A stretch of DNA of 60,227 nucleotides, the filler included. It is 9 parts of 9 records of this genome, joined end to end, with 100 filler letters (N's around TTAATTAATTAA, not from the genome) between each part and the next. Parts side by side here need not be neighbours in the genome. Positions count along the whole stretch, not along the records: positions 53,981 to 60,227 come from SRR31147125_110034; 8 more parts are not named here. One strand, written 5' to 3'. The notes beneath the pieces are model-generated. The model ran no database searches. It saw only the letters and a program-made list of their open reading frames with translations, and had not been told where the DNA came from. The translations under genes and the position numbers were made by a program. Positions 53,981-60,227 of this stretch are shown piece after piece. Numbering within the stretch: position 1 is the stretch's first letter; each line of letters starts with the position of its first letter.

Positions 53981-55241
53981 TGCGGATGATGGTGTTATGC
54001 CTCAGACCAAGGAAGCGATCAACCACTCCAAGGCTGCAGGCGTTCCGATCATTGTCGCTGTGAACAAGATCGATAAACCGGATTCAAGTCCGGATCGTGT
54101 CAAGCAGGAGCTGACGGAGTTTGAGCTGGTCCCTGAAGAGTGGGGTGGTGATACGATTTTTGTCGAGGTCTCTGCAAAACAGCACACCAACCTGGACACC
54201 CTTCTGGAAATGGTTCTTCTTCAGGCTGAAGTTCTTGAACTGCAGGCGAATCCGAGCAAGAGAGGCAGGGGCTCGATTGTCGAGGCGCGTCTTGACAAGG
54301 GGCGTGGTCCGGTCGCGACCGTTCTGGTTCAGGATGGCACTCTCAAGGTTGGTGATGCAATCGTTGCCGGGCTCCACTTTGGACGGGTCCGGTCGATGCT
54401 TACGGCAACCGGCAAACAGGTTAAAGAGGCTGGTCCCTCGTTCCCTGTCGAGGTGACAGGTCTGGGCGGTGTCCCGGATGCGGGTGAGACATTCCATGCA
54501 GTTGAAAGCGAAAAAGCGGCCAAGGAAGTTTCGCAGCACCGTCAATCCAAACAGCGTGAGATTGATCTCGCCAAGAGTAGTAAGGTTTCTCTTGACCAGC
54601 TGTTTGCGAAAATGCAGGAGGGTGTCGTTGAGGAACTGGCTGTCATTATCAAGGCGGATGTTCAGGGCTCTGTTGAGGCTGTCCGTGATGCCCTTGAAAA
54701 GCTGTCGACCGATTCCTGTCGCCTGAACGTCATTCATACGGGTGTTGGCGGAGTCTCCGAAAGTGATGTCACGCTGGCCACCGCTTCGAACGCGATCGTG
54801 CTCGGATTTAATGTCCGACCTGAGAATAAGGCTAAAATCCTGGCTGAAACCGAAAAAGTTGATATCCGTCTGTACAGTGTTATTTATGATGCTGTTAACG
54901 ATATCCGCGACGCGATGGAAGGCCTGCTGGCACCGACCCTTAAAGAGAAAGATCTCGGTCGGGTTGAGGTGCGTGAAACATTCCATGTGTCACGTGTTGG
55001 AACCATTGCCGGTTGTTATGTGCTAGACGGAAAGATCCTGCGTAACGCTCAAACGCGACTGGTACGTGACAATGTCGTTATCTGGGAGGGCAAGCTCAAC
55101 TCGCTGAAGCGCTTCAAGGATGATGTTAAAGAGGTCAACAGCGGCTATGAGTGTGGTATCGGTCTGGAGAACTATAATGACATCAAGGTCGGTGACATTA
55201 TCGAAGCCTATGAAATGGAAGAGATCAAGACGGCTCTCTAG
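53981..55241 (+). CDS. infB: Translation initiation factor IF-2, 5' truncated
   Basis: [36 protein letters not shown]. Confidence 0.97.
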
Positions 55242-55256
55242 GAGCTCTTAAGCTTT

Positions 55257-55559
55257 ATGATCATTGGTGCGGCACGGATCGATGTGCGCCTGTTCGATGT
55301 TCACTCATTGAAGCAGAAGAGGTCGCAGGTTAAGCGTTTGTTGCATCGATTACGATCAAATTTTCCGATATCTGCAGCTGAGGTCGCCTATCAGAACCAG
55401 CATCACCGGGCGATGATAGGGGTTTCGGTCTGCACAGAAAGTGAGCACCTCGCGCGGTCAGTTTTCAGTCATATGGAAGCTGACCTTGAGCGTTATGGTG
55501 CTGTCGAAATTGTTGCGATCGATTTCGATTATTTAAATTACGGTGAGGAATTTCATTGA
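55257..55559 (+). CDS. ylxP: DUF503 (YlxP) protein
   Basis: HSLKQKR...F.ISAAEV; conserved position between infB and rbfA. Confidence 0.85.
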   Translation: MIIGAARIDVRLFDVHSLKQKRSQVKRLLHRLRSNFPISAAEVAYQNQHHRAMIGVSVCTESEHLARSVFSHMEADLERYGAVEIVAIDFDYLNYGEEFH

Positions 55560-55927
55560 GTCGTTTCAGACCTGAAAAAATAGCAGAACAGATTCACAAA
55601 GAGGTCTGTCGACTGCTGATGTTCAATATTAAGGATCCGCGCGTTGCGACAGTCACGGTCACGGCTGTCAAAGTCAGCAAAGACATTGGTACGGCGCGGG
55701 TCTATTTTACCGTAACTGATGAGCAGGCTGATCGGGCTGAGGCTGAGCAGGGGCTGAAAAAGGCTGCGCCCTTTATTCGTAGGGAGTTGGGCCAGGTCAT
55801 GCGCTTGCGGTTTATCCCTGAGTTGCGTTTTCAATACGATGAGTCGGTCGGGTACGGTCGTAAAATTGATGCGTTATTGCAGCAGGTAAAGGGTGATTTG
55901 ACAGATGATCATTCAGAAGATCATTGA
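55556..55927 (+). CDS. rbfA: Ribosome-binding factor A
   Basis: KDPRV, SKDIGTARVY, LRFIPELRFQYDES. Confidence 0.95.
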   Translation: MSRFRPEKIAEQIHKEVCRLLMFNIKDPRVATVTVTAVKVSKDIGTARVYFTVTDEQADRAEAEQGLKKAAPFIRRELGQVMRLRFIPELRFQYDESVGYGRKIDALLQQVKGDLTDDHSEDH

Positions 55928-56852
55928 TTGTATTCACAGCAACAGCAGTTTTCTGATTGTTGCTCATGAAAATCCGGACGGCGATGCGATCGGATCTACG
56001 CTGGCTCTCGCTCTGGCGCTGAAAGAGATGGGGAAAGATGTTGTCGCGTTCAATGTTGATCCTCTTCCTGAATCGATGGCTTATCTGCCTGGCAGTGAAT
56101 GTCTCACTTCGTCACTGACAGATGACCGTTTTGATGTCGCTTTCGTCCTTGATGCTGGTGATGTGTCCCGTGCCGGAATCCCAGTGCGTGACCTGTGTCA
56201 CATCATGATTAATGTCGATCATCACCCGCATTCAGATTTCGGAGATCTCTGTTTCCTCGACACAGAAGCCAGCGCAACAGCGATTCTGGTGTATCGAATT
56301 CTTTCTACGGCCGGGCATGCGATCAGTCTGGATGTTGCCAAGGCGCTTTATCTTGGTTTACTGTCCGATACCGGTTCATTCCGCTATTCCAGCACCAATC
56401 CTGAAACGTTCAAAATTGCAGCTGAACTGATCGCGACAGGAATCGATCCGTGGGAAACGGCCAGCCACCTCTACGAAAGTTATGCTCCCGAACGGATGCG
56501 GTTACTCGGCCTCGTCCTTCCTTCTCTTGAAGTGTCTGACTGCGGACGCTATGCATCGATGTTTATGGAGAAGAAGCATCTGGAGCTTGCGGGTGCGCTT
56601 GAAGAACATGCGGATGGCTTCGTCAATTATCCTCGCGCCATACGCGGTGTTGAGGTGGCCCTGTTTTTCAATGAAATCGATCAGGAACGCTATAAAATCA
56701 GTATGCGTTCGCGGGGAACGATTGATGTTGGAGCACTGGCCCGTAAACTTGATGGCGGCGGACACCACAATGCGGCAGGCGCCCGAATTACTGGCAAGCG
56801 TCAGGACGTTATGAATCACATTTCCTCTCTCATGGATCAGATCCTCAGCTGA
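55905..56852 (+). CDS. nrnA: DHH/DHHA1 nanoRNase / pAp phosphatase
   Basis: HENPDGDAIGS, DHH, DTGSF, GGGHHNAAG. Confidence 0.92.
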   Translation: MIIQKIIDCIHSNSSFLIVAHENPDGDAIGSTLALALALKEMGKDVVAFNVDPLPESMAYLPGSECLTSSLTDDRFDVAFVLDAGDVSRAGIPVRDLCHIMINVDHHPHSDFGDLCFLDTEASATAILVYRILSTAGHAISLDVAKALYLGLLSDTGSFRYSSTNPETFKIAAELIATGIDPWETASHLYESYAPERMRLLGLVLPSLEVSDCGRYASMFMEKKHLELAGALEEHADGFVNYPRAIRGVEVALFFNEIDQERYKISMRSRGTIDVGALARKLDGGGHHNAAGARITGKRQDVMNHISSLMDQILS

Positions 56853-56854
56853 TT

Positions 56855-57764
56855 GTGCACGGTCTCTACCTAATCAATAAGCTCCGCTGGGATGACATCT
56901 CACGATGTCGTCCGCAGAATGCGCAAGATTTGTCGGACACGTAAGGTTGGACACGCCGGAACATTGGACCCCCTTGCGACCGGTGTTCTTCCTGTTGCAG
57001 TCGGACAGGGTACAAAAATCCTCCAATTTCTTCTTGCCGAAAACAAGAGCTATCGCGCGACAGTACAGTTCGGGGTGACAACAGACACTCTTGATCGTGA
57101 AGGGGAGGTCCTTTCCAGAAAAACGGTTCCTGACGAGTTATGTGAGTTGATGCATGATGTCTGTCAACGTTTCGTTGGCGAAATCGAACAGGTTCCGCCG
57201 ATGTATTCGGCCCTGAAGCAGAATGGGGTTCCTCTTTATAAACTGGCACGTGAAGGGAAAGAGGTTGAGCGGCAGGCTCGTAAGGTGTCCATCAGCCGTC
57301 TTGACATTCTGTCTGTTTCGTCAGACTGCGCCGTGATAGAGGTCGATTGCAGTAAAGGGACTTATATCCGCTCACTGGTCCACGATATTGGGGAACAGAT
57401 CGGTTGTGGCGCGCACCTGACGGAGTTGTGCCGCCTGCAGAGTGGTCCGTTCTCTCTGGATGAGTGTTCCACCCTGGATGATCTTGATAAGTGTAATGAC
57501 CCGAATTCATTACTTTATTCACCTGCACAGGCCCTGCGTGGCGTGCCTGCAGTGGAGCTGAATGAGTCAGCACAGTCTGCATTGTCGTTTGGAATCCCGC
57601 CATCACTGGAAACTGTGACGTTTGAGCAACCGTTGATGGCCGAGGGAGCTCTGGTCCGTTTGATGACATCTGATCAGCTGCTGGCTGTTGCTCGTTTTGC
57701 TCCTTCAAGGGCCAAGGAGGCACGCGGTGATTTCGAACTTGTCAGGGTCTTTGTAAGTCATTAA
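56855..57764 (+). CDS. truB: tRNA pseudouridine55 synthase (one extra base near 56882)
   Basis: GTG HGLYLINK then GMTSHD offset by one base; GHAGTLDPLATG, PPMYSA, SKGTYIRSL. Confidence 0.93.
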
Positions 57765-57881
57765 AAGAAAAGACAGTTTAATCTTTACACGACTATTTGA
57801 ACTGTGGTAGAAATCGCACCCTGAGTGATAAATTTAACAGCCACGCCACTGGCTTTATTTGAACATAAAAAGGAGACAACA

Positions 57882-58148
57882 GTGCTCGGCACAGAACGCA
57901 AACAAGAAATTATTGAAGAGTACAAAAGACACGAGGGTGACACTGGTTCCCCCGAGGTTCAGATCGCATTGCTGACAGAGCGGATCACCTATCTGACAGA
58001 TCACTTCAAGACCCACAAGAAGGACCATCATTCTCGACGTGGGCTGCTTAAGATGGTCGGTCAGCGGCGGCGATTACTCGACTACCTGATCAAACAGGAC
58101 ATCGAGCGTTATCGGGTGATTATCAAGTCTCTCGGCCTGCGTCGTTAG
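57882..58148 (+). CDS. rpsO: 30S ribosomal protein S15
   Basis: AAGGAG RBS, GTG start; [24 protein letters not shown]. Confidence 0.97.
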   Translation: MLGTERKQEIIEEYKRHEGDTGSPEVQIALLTERITYLTDHFKTHKKDHHSRRGLLKMVGQRRRLLDYLIKQDIERYRVIIKSLGLRR

Positions 58149-58152
58149 TCAT

Positions 58153-58186
58153 AAGCAGCATGTCCTTGTCGGGGCATGCTGCTTTT
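58153..58186 (+). terminator. Rho-independent terminator after rpsO
   Basis: AAGCAGCATGTCC-TTGTCG-GGGCATGCTGCTTTT. Confidence 0.8.
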
Positions 58187-58316
58187 ATCTTTTAACCGAC
58201 AGGCTGTTGGAGGCTGTCCGGAGAGAATATCCGATGATTCGGAGATTGTCTCAGGCCATCCTCCTGAAGCTGAATTATTATGTTGAGCTCAACAAGCTCA
58301 ATAAAGGAGTTTATTT

Positions 58317-60227
58317 ATGGCCTTTCAAAAGGTAGAGATTGAATTCAATGGGCAACCGTTGACTATTGAAACTGGTAAAGTCGCCCGTCAGGCTGACGGC
58401 GCCGTTATTGTTACATACGGTGAAACCAAGGTGCTCTGTACTGTGGTTTCCGCCCGAAAAATGCGCGAAGGGCAAGACTTCTTCCCGTTGACCGTTAACT
58501 ACGCAGAAAAATTCTACGCTGCCGGTAAAATTCCCGGTTCTTTTTTCCGCCGTGAGCGTGGTTCCACTGAGCGTGAGACCCTGATCTGTCGTCTCATTGA
58601 CCGTCCGATGCGCCCACTGTTCCCGAAGGGTTACATGTTCGAAACTCAGATCATGCCGTCGGTTATCTCTGCTGACATGGTCAACGATCCTGACACTCTG
58701 GCAATGGTTGCAGCGTCTGCTTCGGTTGCGGTCTCAGATATCCCGTTTGAAGGCCCAATTGCTGCTGTTCGCGTTTGCCGTGTAGAAGGTGAATTGGTTG
58801 CTAACCCAACCAACGAGCAGATTGAAGCGAGTGACCTCGAGATCGTTGTTTCCGGTTCCAAAGATGCTGTCATGATGGTTGAGGGGGAGTCAAACTTCGT
58901 CAGTGAGCAGGAGATGCTTGATGCTATTTTCTTCGGCCACCAAGCCCTGCAACCGCTGATCGCTGTGCAAGAAGAGCTGGCCAAACTGGTCGGCAAGGAG
59001 AAGCGTGAGTTTATCGTTCCGCAGGCTGATGAAGCTTTAGTCGCCAAGGTCACTGAGCTGGCTGAGCCGAAAGTAATCGACGCTGTGAAAATTCAGAGCA
59101 AGCAGGATCGCTATGCCGCTCTGGGTGATATCCGTGCTGAAGTCAAAGAGCAATTGGCAGAGACATACGAAGATCGTGAAGAGGAAATCTCTTCCGCTCT
59201 CGGCAAGGTCGAGAAGACAGTTGTTCGACGCATGGTCGCCAAAGATCGCATCCGGATCGATGGTCGTGACATGAGCACCATTCGTCCGATCAGCTGTGAA
59301 GTTGGTGTTCTGCCACGTGCTCACGGAAGTGCTCTGTTTACCCGTGGCGAGACCCAGGCATTGGTTACTTCAACTCTTGGTACTGGTACCGATGAGCAGC
59401 GGATGGACAACGTTCAGGGTATGGAATTCAAGAAGTTCCTGCTGCACTACAATTTCCCTCCATTCTGCGTTGGTGAAACCAGCATGCGCCTGTTCCCGGG
59501 GCGTCGCGAAATCGGTCACGGTTTCCTCGCTGAGCGGAGTGCTGCGCAGATTTTGCCGAAACACGAAGACTTCCCATACACCATCCGGGTTGTTTCTGAC
59601 GTTCTCGAGTCGAATGGTTCTTCGTCGATGGCATCAGTTTGTGGTGCTTCCCTGTCGCTGATGGATGCCGGTGTGCCGGTTTCTGAAGCGATTGCGGGTA
59701 TTGCTATGGGTCTGATCAAGGAAGGCGACGATGTTGCCGTTTTGTCCGACATCCTCGGTGATGAAGATCACCTTGGCGACATGGACTTCAAGGTGACCGG
59801 TTCTGCAAGGGGCATTACTGCATTGCAGATGGACATTAAGATCACCGGAGTCACTAAGGAGATCATGGAGCAGGCGCTGGATCAAGCTCGTGAAGGTCGT
59901 ATTCATATCCTCGGCGAAATGGCCAAGGCAATCGATGCTCCGCGCGCTGAGCTGTCTGAACATGCCCCTCAGATTACCAGTATCAAGGTAAAGTCTGATC
60001 AGGTCAGAACCGTCATCGGTTCAGGTGGTAAAAATATCCGTGGCATTATCGATGCGACGGGATGTGCTATCGACATCGAAGATGACGGAACCATTAAGAT
60101 TGCCTCTTCTGATGGCCTTGCAGCCAAGCAGGCAATTAAGATGATCCGTGATCTGACTCAGGAAGCTGAAGTCGACAAACTCTACATGGGAACGGTTAAA
60201 AAGGTCATGGAATTCGGTGCCTTTGTT
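58317..60227 (+). CDS. pnp: Polyribonucleotide nucleotidyltransferase, runs off window end
   Basis: [56 protein letters not shown] domain; absent from ORF track because there is no stop. Confidence 0.97.
   Translation, partial: MAFQKVEIEFNGQPLTIETGKVARQADGAVIVTYGETKVLCTVVSARKMREGQDFFPLTVNYAEKFYAAGKIPGSFFRRERGSTERETLICRLIDRPMRPLFPKGYMFETQIMPSVISADMVNDPDTLAMVAASASVAVSDIPFEGPIAAVRVCRVEGELVANPTNEQIEASDLEIVVSGSKDAVMMVEGESNFVSEQEMLDAIFFGHQALQPLIAVQEELAKLVGKEKREFIVPQADEALVAKVTELAEPKVIDAVKIQSKQDRYAALGDIRAEVKEQLAETYEDREEEISSALGKVEKTVVRRMVAKDRIRIDGRDMSTIRPISCEVGVLPRAHGSALFTRGETQALVTSTLGTGTDEQRMDNVQGMEFKKFLLHYNFPPFCVGETSMRLFPGRREIGHGFLAERSAAQILPKHEDFPYTIRVVSDVLESNGSSSMASVCGASLSLMDAGVPVSEAIAGIAMGLIKEGDDVAVLSDILGDEDHLGDMDFKVTGSARGITALQMDIKITGVTKEIMEQALDQAREGRIHILGEMAKAIDAPRAELSEHAPQITSIKVKSDQVRTVIGSGGKNIRGIIDATGCAIDIEDDGTIKIASSDGLAAKQAIKMIRDLTQEAEVDKLYMGTVKKVMEFGAFV

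Noticed and set aside
56855-56895. N-terminally truncated TruB
   Set aside because: The missing N-terminal residues are present one base out of frame; likely an indel error.

Overview
This window is not one locus. It is nine unrelated contigs joined by 100-bp N spacers, each carrying TTAATTAATTAA (stops in all six frames), which points to a concatenated assembly of anaerobic bacteria. Taxonomic labels below are impressions from protein style and GC content. (1) 1-5260: RND pump, TolC, OmpR-type regulator and sensor kinase. (2) 5361-13137, clostridial-like: a deletion-scar mosaic (hemerythrin/YspA/PrgI/BREX PglX fragments), then a nitrosative/oxidative-stress cluster (nitroreductase, 5-formyl-THF cyclo-ligase, DUF438/DUF1858, FprA, a corrinoid activator lacking its ferredoxin domain, rubredoxin, hcp) with Crp/Fnr-type sites. 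(3) 13238-20605: IS3 and aldolase remnants, then OMF-MFP-RND. (4) 20706-27616, spirochete-like: pfk, acyltransferase, GT2, TPR-like protein, pgi, GH2 beta-galactosidase. (5) 27717-33284: GldG-like, DUF4340, anti-sigma kinase, REC-PP2C. (6) 33385-39607, Desulfobulbales-like: part of a tRNA, a cysteine synthase-CysRS fusion, DUF721, glnA, glnD. (7) 39708-46994: TRAP transporter, ROK regulator, two SDRs, ThuA-like, HD-GYP. (8) 47095-53880: kamA/kdd, MCP, large membrane protein, leuS. (9) 53981-60227: infB-DUF503-rbfA-nrnA-truB-rpsO-pnp. The top candidate for new biology is the cysteine synthase-CysRS fusion: its synthetase half keeps the Zn/cysteine and anticodon-binding residues but has lost the HIGH, KMSKS and GGG adenylate motifs. 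Several single-base frameshifts fall in homopolymer runs and are probably sequencing errors.
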